From positions 13,109 to 77,108 of the IMG/VR virus record IMGVR_UViG_3300025961_000012: 64,000 bases of DNA. One strand, given 5' to 3'. The notes under the pieces were generated by a model. It was given only the letters and a program-made list of their open reading frames with translations, ran no database searches and was not told the origin of the DNA. Both the position numbers and the translations under genes were made by a program. Source of the DNA: a virus (lineage: Duplodnaviria; Caudoviricetes). Below, in pieces: positions 1-8,396 of the stretch (within the stretch, counting starts at the first letter, position 1; each line of letters starts with the position of its first letter).

Positions 1-107
1 GAGCCCTGCAATCGGGTCATCCAGTTTGTTTTCATTGGTTCCATTGGTTAAGAGAGGCGTGATTGCCCCTCACCTTCCGGCCCGCATTGCAGGCCGGAAC
101 GTGAGAG

Positions 108-308
108 TCAGGCGCGGCCAATGGATCGCATATGATGCTCCAAAAGGATGTTCTGCGCGTGTTGTTTCATCTCCGGAGTAAACGAATCCGGCGCGTTTTC
201 CTCCACCCACTCAACGTTGGACATCTCGTCCAATTCATCGGCTGATTCGGCGCCAGACGCCAAACCATCGGCGAAACGAAACGCTTCGAGGGCTTGTTGT
301 GCGTTCAT
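108..308 (-). CDS. Hypothetical protein (66 aa)
   Basis: ATG start overlaps the stop of the upstream gene (ATGA at 305-308); protein-like composition. Confidence 0.7.
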   Translation of the reverse strand: MNAQQALEAFRFADGLASGAESADELDEMSNVEWVEENAPDSFTPEMKQHAQNILLEHHMRSIGRA

Positions 309-997
309 CGTCCGCCCTCCGCGTTGTTGCCTTCGATTGTTTCGACGACCAATTGAGCAAGCTCACCAATCGGCGAGCGCTCGGACGTGCCTGCAAACTC
401 TTCGCCAGCCCCGTCAATCACCTTTCCGTCCTTGCCCATCATCTGCCACCCAAGAGTCCCGTTGGTGAATCCAAAAGCCAGATCCACTTCACTCAATCCA
501 CCGAACAGGATATAGCCGGGATACTCCACGCTCACAGCGTAACCGCGCGCGCGAATCGCATCGGCCAATTGCTGCTCGATCATTGTCGTCATTTTCTCGT
601 CGTAGCGCGTTACGTGTAGAAAGCCCGGTCCGCCTTCAGAGTAAGCCTCTGACTGGATCCACGCGCACTCGCCAGAGTTCAATTTCAATCCGTAGATCCC
701 GTCTCCAAGCGGATCCTTCACAATCGCGACGATAGTTTTTCCAACCAAACCAGCGTAGTGAGGCGGAACTTGATCAACTGAACCTTTCAATTGCGCCAGC
801 GTCTCACGCGCTTCCTGTGCCGAAAATTCGTGATCCGTCAGGATGCAGAACGTGTTCGCATCGATTCGCCGTATCTCTTCCAACACGGGCATCAAAGCAT
901 ATTCATCGGGATATTTGTGCCAATCCCCCGCCGTCAACCGCTCACCCTCACACAGGTCAACGTAAAGACCCGTCTTCGCGTTTCGATAGATGTTCAT
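305..997 (-). CDS. Hypothetical protein (~230 aa), possibly two fused small phage domains
   Basis: Likely start MNIYRNAK at 997, coupled by ATGA to the stop at 994; internal LVGKTI...EGGPGFL block followed by a second Met-rich start-like segment (KMTTMIEQQ). Confidence 0.7.
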   Translation of the reverse strand: MNIYRNAKTGLYVDLCEGERLTAGDWHKYPDEYALMPVLEEIRRIDANTFCILTDHEFSAQEARETLAQLKGSVDQVPPHYAGLVGKTIVAIVKDPLGDGIYGLKLNSGECAWIQSEAYSEGGPGFLHVTRYDEKMTTMIEQQLADAIRARGYAVSVEYPGYILFGGLSEVDLAFGFTNGTLGWQMMGKDGKVIDGAGEEFAGTSERSPIGELAQLVVETIEGNNAEGGR

Positions 998-1446
998 CGC
1001 GCACCTGCCTTCCGTTGCGCCGCGCGCGCCTGCTCCAGATACCGAACCGCAGTCTGAACGATGCAATGATCCTCGGGATACTCACGCCGAAATCCTTCCA
1101 GCTTTAGTTCCAGATACGATTCAAAATCGCGCGCCAATGTCAGCAACTCAGGAACAATGGCCTCGATCGCACGGGCTTCCAAGATGGCCAAGCGGGCTTG
1201 CATTTTCGCGTTGGCAACGGTGGCGCTACGCTGCGAAGCTGTGTAGCACGTTCCGAATTCATCGGGCACAGGAGCGGGTAATTCAAGAGTATCAAGACAT
1301 GTCTGCAATGCCTGACGCACGGATGATGGGTTCATTTTGTTCCTTTCAAATCCGACTGCGCGGCTCGGCCGAAACGAGGGAGATGAAGCGACGTTCGAGC
1401 CAATGCCCGCGCAATCGGAAAGTGTGTTTGTGTTCGGTCGCTTCAT
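994..1446 (-). CDS. Hypothetical protein
   Basis: Helical protein-like C-terminal two thirds; start taken at MKRPN (1446), uncertain. Confidence 0.6.
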   Translation of the reverse strand: MKRPNTNTLSDCAGIGSNVASSPSFRPSRAVGFERNKMNPSSVRQALQTCLDTLELPAPVPDEFGTCYTASQRSATVANAKMQARLAILEARAIEAIVPELLTLARDFESYLELKLEGFRREYPEDHCIVQTAVRYLEQARAAQRKAGAR

Positions 1447-1456
1447 CGAAATAAAA

Positions 1457-1810
1457 TCAGTTACCGCACCCACACCAATAAGCCAGACGGCCGCACGTCA
1501 TGACCGTCCAGTTGGTTTCGGTGCCGCATTTCTCGCAAGTGTCGCGCCTATCTAGTCGTCGCGCAGTGTGTGTGAATTGATAGGTTGTCGCGTTGCGAGG
1601 CATGGAATAATCACGCTCAACCTTCACCCATGAAACAGAGCTTGCAGCGTGCGCGTGTCGGATTACTCCGCGCGGTGGCGTCGTTCCATACTGACTGCCA
1701 AGATATGAAATCTGCGTTCCATGTACGCGGTGAATCTTGTAGATGCGCGACGGCCATTGAGGCATGAAAAACAAGTCGCCAGCCCGCCATTTCGGATAGG
1801 TAACTTTCAT
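1457..1810 (-). CDS. Hypothetical protein with C-terminal Cys cluster (CEKC...C...CGC)
   Basis: ATGA coupling with the 1807 stop; Cys motif suggests a Zn ribbon. Confidence 0.65.
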   Translation of the reverse strand: MKVTYPKWRAGDLFFMPQWPSRIYKIHRVHGTQISYLGSQYGTTPPRGVIRHAHAASSVSWVKVERDYSMPRNATTYQFTHTARRLDRRDTCEKCGTETNWTVMTCGRLAYWCGCGN

Positions 1811-1995
1811 GGCCGCGCCTCACACGTTCGCAAGTGTCGATTCATTCCACCATGTTTGTTGCTACGCGAAACCTTGCACCAAGGGCAGACGCCGGACTCT
1901 TTCAGGGCCCTCCATTTCGAAGCTTTTTCGACGGAACACGCAATGCCGTGAAAACTCCATTCCTGTTGGGTGGAATCGTTGTTCGGTCGCTTCAT
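1807..1995 (-). CDS. Small Zn-finger-like protein (CPWC...HGGMNRHLRTC)
   Basis: GGAGAG SD-like element upstream of ATG at 1995; first gene downstream of tandem TTGACA motifs. Confidence 0.6.
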   Translation of the reverse strand: MKRPNNDSTQQEWSFHGIACSVEKASKWRALKESGVCPWCKVSRSNKHGGMNRHLRTCEARP

Positions 1996-2025
1996 CGCGG
2001 TCACTCTCCCACACCTGCCCAAAGA

Positions 2026-2050
2026 TTGTCAAGCGGTATTTGTCAAGCGG
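2026..2050 (-). promoter_or_regulatory. Tandem CCGCTTGACAA (-35-like) motifs for the leftward operon
   Basis: TTGTCAAGCGG at 2026-2036 and 2040-2050, the same 11-mer found upstream of other genes; no clean -10 at 17 bp. Confidence 0.6.
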
Positions 2051-2335
2051 TCCGCAGTCACGCAAATTCGCCTGAATCTTCCTCCGCACTTTTCATCGGT
2101 TATTCCTCCCACTTTCCAGATCCGCGCCGAAAGTCGCCACCGCGGATCCACTCTCCGCCATCTTGGCACGCATCCTGAAGTTCCAGCGTCGGAAGTCAGG
2201 ATGACCAACGACTCGATCCCCGGCCCGAACCAATCGAGGCGACGGACGGCCGAACGAGGCAACGGTCGGACATTCCATGTCCAATGAGGCGAACGGGGAC
2301 ACGTTGCGTCTTCGTACCTATATGCTCCCTGGCGG

Positions 2336-2389
2336 ATACCAATACGCTGCCTGGCGCCTATTGGTATGCTCCATATCCGCTATTGGTAC
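2336..2389. repeat. 9-bp inverted repeat ATACCAATA/TATTGGTAT plus a third TATTGGTA copy
   Basis: ATACCAATA 2336-2344, TATTGGTAT 2359-2367, TATTGGTAC 2381-2389. Confidence 0.7.
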
Positions 2390-3143
2390 GGGTCCAGTCG
2401 GCTGCCTATCGGTCCCATACGCAACAATCGTTGCGGTTGCAGCGGTTTCCGTCGATTCCGGCCCGATTTCGGCTTGGCGGCTCGGTTTCCAGGACCATGC
2501 CACCCCATAGCGGGGTTACCCCGGGGGTGTCGCAGACGGATACGTATGTCCCCGTGCGACCCTCAGCATGTTTGGCAAAAGGGAGGGGTGGAATGTTTTT
2601 TGTGGAACATTGCTGTGGGGAGAGGAGTGGGGTGAGTTGATTGAGGGAGAGGGTGGAGGAGAGGGTGTGGAAAGCCTTGCCGGGCGTGGGCTCGGCGGTT
2701 TGTACGATTCTTGAGGTAGTCGGAGGCGCTGGTAAGTGGGTGGGCCTGGCTGCTGGTGAGGCTCCGGACGGGCTGCGTGGGTCATCCGGTGCAGGTGGCG
2801 CGGCGAAAGTGCTTGGCGTATGGCTGCGGTCAGGGCACCTGCAGGGGTTTTTAAGGCCCTCGCAGCGGCGTGTGACACGGCCTTTTGGGTCGGGTCTCGT
2901 CACAGTTGGTGGGGTTCTCCCCTTCCCATGACTGGTGCGCGATCCTGGGTATGCCCGTTTCTCAGGGCACCAGGACTGTTTTACGACATCTCAATGAACG
3001 CGCCGTTCTTCGGGAGAGCGGCGAAAAGTCAGGTGTAAATCCGGTGAAATTGTAGGCTGTATTTCTGACAAAATTGGACGGAGGCCCGGCGGCCGCGGCT
3101 GCCAGGTAGTTCGACGCCTCAGAACTTCGACCGGGGATCAAAT

Positions 3144-3467
3144 TCACAGATGCCTCCAGTATTGGAACGTGCGGTATTTCAGCCGATCACGCGTGGCATC
3201 CTTAATAAATCGCTTCGTGAAAAACCTTGCCGATCTTGCATCCGAACAGGGTTTTGCAGTGGTTCCGTTGTAAACTAAGACGGTTCCAGATGGCAAATTC
3301 ACGAGGGAAAACCAGCCGTCCTTTGCATGGCGAACCATGAATTGCACGCCACGGAAGGTTTCCGAAGGAAGCTCCGTCCGCGGGAAAGAGTTTTCGGAGG
3401 ATTGTGCGTCGCCCTGGATCTTTTCAGATCCTCCGCGGACGGAAAGTGTACTCACAAGGGAACGCAC
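3144..3467 (-). CDS. Hypothetical protein
   Basis: Last ORF of the leftward operon before the non-coding gap; start uncertain. Confidence 0.5.
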   Translation of the reverse strand: MRSLVSTLSVRGGSEKIQGDAQSSENSFPRTELPSETFRGVQFMVRHAKDGWFSLVNLPSGTVLVYNGTTAKPCSDARSARFFTKRFIKDATRDRLKYRTFQYWRHL

Positions 3468-3476
3468 GCGGGACGA

Positions 3477-3689
3477 TTACTCCACGATCCCGCCGTCCGT
3501 CAAGGGATTTTCTTGGGGATTTAGGACGCGGGCCAGATTTTCCTCCTCGGGCGACCGGCCATAATTCTTCCGTCCGTCGCACGGACAGGTGCATTTGGAG
3601 CCGCCGTATTCGCCTGGGCGCGCTGGGATCGTGCGCTCGCAGTTATGGTGCTGGTCGTTCTGGCAGTGGACGCAGAGGTAGAGTCTCAT
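3477..3689 (-). CDS. Small Cys-rich protein (CVHC...HHNC...CTCPC)
   Basis: ATG at 3689 coupled (ATGA) to the stop of the MmcB-like gene. Confidence 0.65.
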   Translation of the reverse strand: MRLYLCVHCQNDQHHNCERTIPARPGEYGGSKCTCPCDGRKNYGRSPEEENLARVLNPQENPLTDGGIVE

Positions 3690-4123
3690 GGGTTGGTAAT
3701 CCTCCTTGCCAGCGAGGCGACGAAATCCCAGCGCGGCGGCATAGCTTCGCGGACTCGAGGCGCCTTCGTGATTTTCATGCACCCGTCGCGGAACTCGATG
3801 AGCCCGTCGTCGCGCGCGAGCATCTTTGGGCGAACTAGGTTCCAGGGCGTGACGAAATAGAACTCGTTGGAGACAGCGTAGGCCATCCAGCGTTTGTCCG
3901 GATTCCTCAGTTCGTTCATCAGATCCTCGGTCGAGACTTTGATCTCAAACGAACGTCGCAGGTTTTGCACCTTTCCACCCCATGCGTTGATCGCCCAGGC
4001 GTCCAATCGCTGTTCCTTAAGCGTGCCCCACCCGGTGCCCAACCGCAGTTCGGGAATGAAGATCCAACCGTCGGAGGCATGCATCTTGCGCAGTTCGGAG
4101 AGTAACAGAGAGGAGTCCATCAT
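3686..4123 (-). CDS. MmcB-family (PD-(D/E)xK) DNA repair endonuclease-like protein
   Basis: FIPELRLG...RLDAWAI...FEIKVS.EDL..EL..PDK......SNEFYFVTP...GLI pattern typical of the MmcB/DUF1052 family. Confidence 0.75.
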   Translation of the reverse strand: MMDSSLLLSELRKMHASDGWIFIPELRLGTGWGTLKEQRLDAWAINAWGGKVQNLRRSFEIKVSTEDLMNELRNPDKRWMAYAVSNEFYFVTPWNLVRPKMLARDDGLIEFRDGCMKITKAPRVREAMPPRWDFVASLARRITNP

Positions 4124-4374
4124 CTGAACTTTTTGGCGTGCCGGCCGTTGTTACAGGCGCGGCAGGCGATTCGACAGTTGGCCGCATTGGACTTTCCACC
4201 GTCAGCGCGCCGGATGACATGCTCGATCGTGCAATAATTGTTCTGAGACGGCAAACCCTTCAGCGTGGTTGTCACTCCGCACCAACAGCAACTCATGCCG
4301 AACAGTGCGATGAGGCGGTCGCGCAATGGCGCCTTTGCCGGCCGACGCCGGCGAACCGGAACTTGAAAGGTCAT
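4120..4374 (-). CDS. HNH endonuclease
   Basis: CCWCG...TIEHVIRRADGGKSNAANCRIACRACNN: HNH with two CxxC pairs; ATG at 4374 coupled to the upstream stop. Confidence 0.85.
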   Translation of the reverse strand: MTFQVPVRRRRPAKAPLRDRLIALFGMSCCWCGVTTTLKGLPSQNNYCTIEHVIRRADGGKSNAANCRIACRACNNGRHAKKFR

Positions 4375-4556
4375 TGGCGTTTCTGTCGTTTGAGCCACGC
4401 GAGCGCTGCAGGGACGTCGGTCTCGTAGATGTCGAGGAGCTTGATGCAGTTGTCGCTGATCGTGTTCGAGTCGCCAAGCAACCTCATTCCTTGGCCTTCG
4501 TCCAGGCCGAGACGTTTGAACTGCGCCATGAGCGCCTCCATGTCGGCGTTGGTCAT
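4371..4556 (-). CDS. Hypothetical protein (61 aa)
   Basis: MTNADMEALMAQF...; start and stop both overlap neighbouring genes. Confidence 0.65.
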   Translation of the reverse strand: MTNADMEALMAQFKRLGLDEGQGMRLLGDSNTISDNCIKLLDIYETDVPAALAWLKRQKRQ

Positions 4557-4936
4557 CACAGAAGATCTGGCCGCCGCCGGCGGGCATCGACCTCGATGTC
4601 GGGGGAAATGGGCGTTATTCGGAACTCCCAATGCGGGATCGTGAGATTGGTCACGGTGAAACCCGTCATGTTCGTCATGATGATGTTGTTGGTCGGATCC
4701 CATGCGGGCAACCCGATGAACAGATGGAACACCTCGTTGGACGTACGCGCACGGGCGTCGCGCTCGGCCTTGGCGTGGCCGATGTCGGCAAGCTTTTGAA
4801 CCAGGGCACCGACGCCGAGCAGGAAGATGGTGATCGCAGCCACGGAGCAGGCAAATAATATCGCCTTGACCCACCAAAGTTCATCGGGCTCCGGTTTCTG
4901 CACAGGGTCCGGGTAGTCAAGGCTTCGGTGGTTCAT
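4556..4936 (-). CDS. Hypothetical single-pass membrane protein
   Basis: Hydrophobic stretch WWVKAILFACSVAAITIFLLGVGALV; likely start MNHRSL at 4936. Confidence 0.65.
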   Translation of the reverse strand: MNHRSLDYPDPVQKPEPDELWWVKAILFACSVAAITIFLLGVGALVQKLADIGHAKAERDARARTSNEVFHLFIGLPAWDPTNNIIMTNMTGFTVTNLTIPHWEFRITPISPDIEVDARRRRPDLL

Positions 4937-5396
4937 GTTTGAGAAGTTTGGCCGCCTCGCGGATGGCGCTGCCGGCAGCGCAGGCTGACGGTGATTCGAC
5001 GATTCGCTGAAGCGCGTTTTCAAGTGCGACAGTGCGGGCACCGCGATCTCTGAGGAGGAGCGCGGCTAATTCCGGCACCTTCGCACACAGAACGTCTTGC
5101 TGAATGCTGCCATCGTCGGAAGTGTAAGCTGGCTCCCCGAACATTTCTCCGATTTTAACCAGCAACCCGCGATAGTAAGATTCGTTGCGGCAGAAGCGTT
5201 CGGCATCTTCTTTCCAGCAAACTCGCTCTCGTTCGCAATTGGATAACTGCGCCTGCAGGTCGTTCCTCACGCCCAGCATGAGCGCGTCGCGGGCTTCAAG
5301 CGTTTTGATCGCCTCCTTATTCATGGCAAGGGCGCCGCGAAGATCAGAGATCTCCGCCAACAACTGTTCGACATCGGCTGTCTCTTGCTGGGTCAC
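4917..5396 (-). CDS. Coiled-coil hypothetical protein
   Basis: Heptad-rich helical sequence; chained in the operon. Confidence 0.7.
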   Translation of the reverse strand: MTQQETADVEQLLAEISDLRGALAMNKEAIKTLEARDALMLGVRNDLQAQLSNCERERVCWKEDAERFCRNESYYRGLLVKIGEMFGEPAYTSDDGSIQQDVLCAKVPELAALLLRDRGARTVALENALQRIVESPSACAAGSAIREAAKLLKHEPPKP

Positions 5397-5692
5397 AGGT
5401 TGTTGAGCCCTTTCGGTTTGCTGAATTCGACGTTCACGGCGTCGTTTGAGTAGCCCACGCGGGGCATTGGAACATAGGCTGCGTATTCATCGACCATCAC
5501 AATAAGCGAGTGGCCCGACATCTTGGCCTGTTCACCCAGGCCGATTTTCAGTTCCGTGATTTTGGCCTCGTTCTCCTCGAATGCTTCCTTTGCAGCATCA
5601 CGTTTTTCGATAAGAGCATCACGGGAACGCAATCGTTCCATGAGGTGTTTTACTTCGCTGTGAAGGCCAAGCCCGTTGAGTTGAGTGCTCAT
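5393..5692 (-). CDS. Hypothetical protein (99 aa)
   Basis: ATGA coupling with the upstream stop; protein-like. Confidence 0.75.
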   Translation of the reverse strand: MSTQLNGLGLHSEVKHLMERLRSRDALIEKRDAAKEAFEENEAKITELKIGLGEQAKMSGHSLIVMVDEYAAYVPMPRVGYSNDAVNVEFSKPKGLNNL

Positions 5693-5967
5693 GCTGCCGT
5701 CTCCTTCGCTTTCGCAAGAATCGAAGCGACCTTATGTCCGAATCTTGGCAATGGACCGTACGGCGACGTATCGGCCAAAATTGTTTCGAGCGCCGCCCTG
5801 GATATTGCGTCAACAGATGCTGTCGGTATTGACTCGATGATCTTCACGTCGTCAAACGAATTGACGCCGATAGTCAAGTATCCAGCAATATTCAGCTTTT
5901 TGAGCGCCGCGCTGTCAGGCGCGCTGGTTTTTAGATACAGGAAAATAGGTTGGTGAAGTTTACTCAT
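5689..5967 (-). CDS. Hypothetical protein (92 aa)
   Basis: ATG start, coupled to the next gene. Confidence 0.7.
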   Translation of the reverse strand: MSKLHQPIFLYLKTSAPDSAALKKLNIAGYLTIGVNSFDDVKIIESIPTASVDAISRAALETILADTSPYGPLPRFGHKVASILAKAKETAA

Positions 5968-6133
5968 AAAGAGAGCGGCCCGGTGACTTGGCTGGAAATC
6001 CGTTCGTCAGCAAAGCCACAGAAACGTCCGTGGCCGCGTCCGCGTTAAGGATCACGGCGTCCTTGCTAGCAGAACCCCGTCTCGCCGCACGCGCATCATT
6101 CCAGTTGCTCACCGGGCCTTTGGTTTTGGGGCA

Positions 6134-6739
6134 TCAGTTCGCCGGGACCATGTCCTTGGCGATATTCGTAAATCGACGACTCGGCTGTTTGGCCTGCTCC
6201 TGTTCCTCGTTCTTAACGCAGAGCCCGGGAAAATAAAATTGCCCGAAGGCGTCAATGATCTGCTTGGCCTGGATGCGCTCGCAACTGTGGATGCCGTGAC
6301 GGGCGGCGACATTGTTGAACCAGCCAAACTCCACGTCATGAATCCTGAGCTTCAATACCGGGCGCCCCAGATCGTCCACCAGATGTCCGCGTTCATCCTC
6401 CTTCACCTCGATGTGTGTCAGCTCATGGTCGAGAATGGCCTTGCGCTCTGCGTCCCCAACCTCTTTCCAATGATCGCCATCGAGAACAATCTCGGCGTCC
6501 CCGCGGCCCACGGACCTGTCCTTGAGCGAAATCTTCTTGCATTGACCCAGCGCGCGGCGCCCGCGGACAGTGATGGCGTTGTTGATCGGCTCGCCGCTCT
6601 TCTCGTCGAGATCCGCATGGGCAAAGATGAAATCGATCTTGACGCCCGCCTTCAGGACCGGCGCGTGATCTTCAAACTCCTCGAGGATGGCATTGGCCAT
6701 GTCTTCGACGTTTTTCGGGGCTCTTTGGTAGGTGGGCAT
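6134..6739 (-). CDS. Putative phage metallopeptidase (HExxH zincin)
   Basis: DFIFA...GQCKKIS...DAEIVLDGDHW...RKAILDHELTHI...HDVEFGWF pattern of the small phage metallopeptidase family. Confidence 0.8.
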   Translation of the reverse strand: MPTYQRAPKNVEDMANAILEEFEDHAPVLKAGVKIDFIFAHADLDEKSGEPINNAITVRGRRALGQCKKISLKDRSVGRGDAEIVLDGDHWKEVGDAERKAILDHELTHIEVKEDERGHLVDDLGRPVLKLRIHDVEFGWFNNVAARHGIHSCERIQAKQIIDAFGQFYFPGLCVKNEEQEQAKQPSRRFTNIAKDMVPAN

Positions 6740-6768
6740 AGTGGTGTTGAGGTTCGTTACGCATTGCG

Positions 6769-6801
6769 AGCGTCAGCGTGCCCACACTATTTGTCAAGCG
6801 G
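6769..6801 (-). promoter_or_regulatory. CCGCTTGACAA-type promoter (TTGACA-N17-GACGCT)
   Basis: TTGTCAAGCGG at 6791-6801; nAnnnT hexamer at 17 bp; upstream of the metallopeptidase operon. Confidence 0.6.
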
Positions 6802-7008
6802 TCTTTTGGCTTCGCGGTATGGCTTGAGTGCGTCACGCAATTTATTCAGGCGAGCGCACATCTCCTGGCCGTCTCTTTCGTTGTCAGCACTGATGTCCAC
6901 AGGCCAATCGGCTGTCGTGCCCGAGTTGTCGTGAAGGAATTCTTCAAGCTCGTCGGCAGCGACGACGATCTTGATAAGTTTGGCGAGATCGAACGAATCC
7001 AGGTTCAT
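6787..7008 (-). CDS. Hypothetical protein (73 aa)
   Basis: MNLDSFDLAKLIK... start at 7008 coupled (ATGA) to the stop of 7005-7184. Confidence 0.65.
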   Translation of the reverse strand: MNLDSFDLAKLIKIVVAADELEEFLHDNSGTTADWPVDISADNERDGQEMCARLNKLRDALKPYREAKRPLDK

Positions 7009-7184
7009 GCCGCCCTTCGCCGCGGGTAGCAATGCGTGCAGAGATAGCGGCCGGTGTACCGGCGCCCGCACCGCTGGCATTTGCCCTTGCGCTTGTTGCG
7101 GATTTGAGCAAGGCGTTGGCGCGAGATTTTGATCCTGGGATTGTCAGGATGAGGGTAGAGGTAAACACCGTTGACGTTTGGCAT
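7005..7184 (-). CDS. Small basic Zn-finger protein, 59 aa (below the ORF-track cutoff)
   Basis: Hand translation: MPNVNGVYLYPHPDNPRIKISRQRLAQIRNKRKGKCQRCGRRYTGRYLCTHCYPRRRAA; two CxxC pairs; first gene after the leftward promoter. Confidence 0.7.
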   Translation of the reverse strand: MPNVNGVYLYPHPDNPRIKISRQRLAQIRNKRKGKCQRCGRRYTGRYLCTHCYPRRRAA

Positions 7185-7224
7185 AATGACCGCCGTCCGT
7201 CGTGAAGACCAGCGAAGTTGCCCG

Positions 7225-7298
7225 ACACTACCGATGCCTGTCGCATTTTGTCAAGATGCTGAAACACCGCTTGACATCTTTTCGGAAGGTCCTATCTT
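7225..7298. promoter_or_regulatory. Back-to-back divergent sigma70-like promoters
   Basis: Leftward TTGACA (7254-7249)-N18-TAGTGT; rightward CCGCTTGACA (7267-7276)-N16-TATCTT (7293-7298); the -35 boxes form a TGTCAAG...CTTGACA inverted repeat at the strand switch. Confidence 0.75.
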
Positions 7299-7364
7299 GC
7301 GCACGTCAATCGTGTACCTATCGTGTAGGGCGCGGGGTTGTCGTGACCTCGCGCCCGTTTTCTT

Positions 7365-8396
7365 ATGCCTGGCCCGGACTGCTACGTCTTCCATGGTCCC
7401 AACTGGAGCCTTCCAGCGTGGGTGTATCAGGGCGAACTCAGGTCCGTGCGTCCACACCGCTCCCTGACGCGGCTCATGCGGCAGGCCCTGGATAAACGCT
7501 TGTCGGAACTCGGCACCAGCAACGGCCAGGATTGGTTCATCACCAAGACAGCGCTCAAAGACAACGCAGACAGATTGGAAGAAGGACTCCTTCCCGAAGA
7601 CGCGATTTCCTGGGTAAGCAATGTCGGCCGCGTCACGCTGACCGAACAGCCCAGGGACATGGAAGGCTTGTACGAGGAACTGGTCCGGGCAGGCTTCGCG
7701 AAAACAGTCCCCAAGGCGCAACTGCTCTACGGGATACTGTGCCAGCAGTTCCTTCACCGCATCGTCGTCGAGAACAAACCCGTGGATCTCGGGTTCGCCA
7801 AAATTCAGGCCACCCCATTGCGTTCAGATTTCATGAGGCTCTTTTCCGCGCATACAATGCGCCGCATCCTGTACGCATCTTCGAAGGAAAAGATCGTACG
7901 CCAGGCGCTCCGCGATGGGCGTCTCATGTTCCTTAACAAGACCAGGAAAATCGTTCTCTGGAACATTGCCGTGCGCCACAGTCACGCGTGGTGGCAGGGC
8001 ATCCGAAAATCTGAACTGGCCTTGTTGGCCCGACAGGGCAGAGTCCATTACCTGCTCAACGTGAAGGATCGGTTGCGTGCCGCGGAACCCATTCTCTATG
8101 AGATTTTCACGGATTACATTGCGCAAGCGCATCGGCCGGCTCTTTACATTCCTGCGCGCACTGGCAAACGCGATCACAAGAAACGCTTCGTCAAACCGTC
8201 CCTCAGAGCGGTTAAAAGACTTTTTAGCCTCCGCAAGAAACCTCGCACTGTGGCTGTTCCTGGGGAAACGGGCGCCACGTCACCTGTGGAGCAGCCGAAT
8301 GCGATCGTGCATGAGGTGCCAGGTGTACAATCGCCGCTTGCAGACGTGTGGCACTCCGGGGGAGACGTGGACAAACCCGCTGACAAAGAACACTGA
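7365..8396 (+). CDS. Hypothetical protein (343 aa)
   Basis: First ORF after the rightward promoter; globular-looking for ~250 aa; its last ~100 codons overlap the 8098-8562 ORF. Confidence 0.7.
   Translation: MPGPDCYVFHGPNWSLPAWVYQGELRSVRPHRSLTRLMRQALDKRLSELGTSNGQDWFITKTALKDNADRLEEGLLPEDAISWVSNVGRVTLTEQPRDMEGLYEELVRAGFAKTVPKAQLLYGILCQQFLHRIVVENKPVDLGFAKIQATPLRSDFMRLFSAHTMRRILYASSKEKIVRQALRDGRLMFLNKTRKIVLWNIAVRHSHAWWQGIRKSELALLARQGRVHYLLNVKDRLRAAEPILYEIFTDYIAQAHRPALYIPARTGKRDHKKRFVKPSLRAVKRLFSLRKKPRTVAVPGETGATSPVEQPNAIVHEVPGVQSPLADVWHSGGDVDKPADKEH

Noticed and set aside
75-99. TTCCGGCC/GGCCGGAA hairpin as a terminator
   Set aside because: No U-tract on either strand; it lies between co-oriented genes.
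2406-2931. ORFs of 96-165 aa in the G-rich segment
   Set aside because: Pro/Ser- or Gly-rich translations of a strand-biased tract; no starts coupled to neighbours.
3001-3023. Hairpin as an intrinsic terminator
   Set aside because: The stem is good but is followed by A4 on plus and only a weak T-tract on minus; kept only as part of the non-coding segment.
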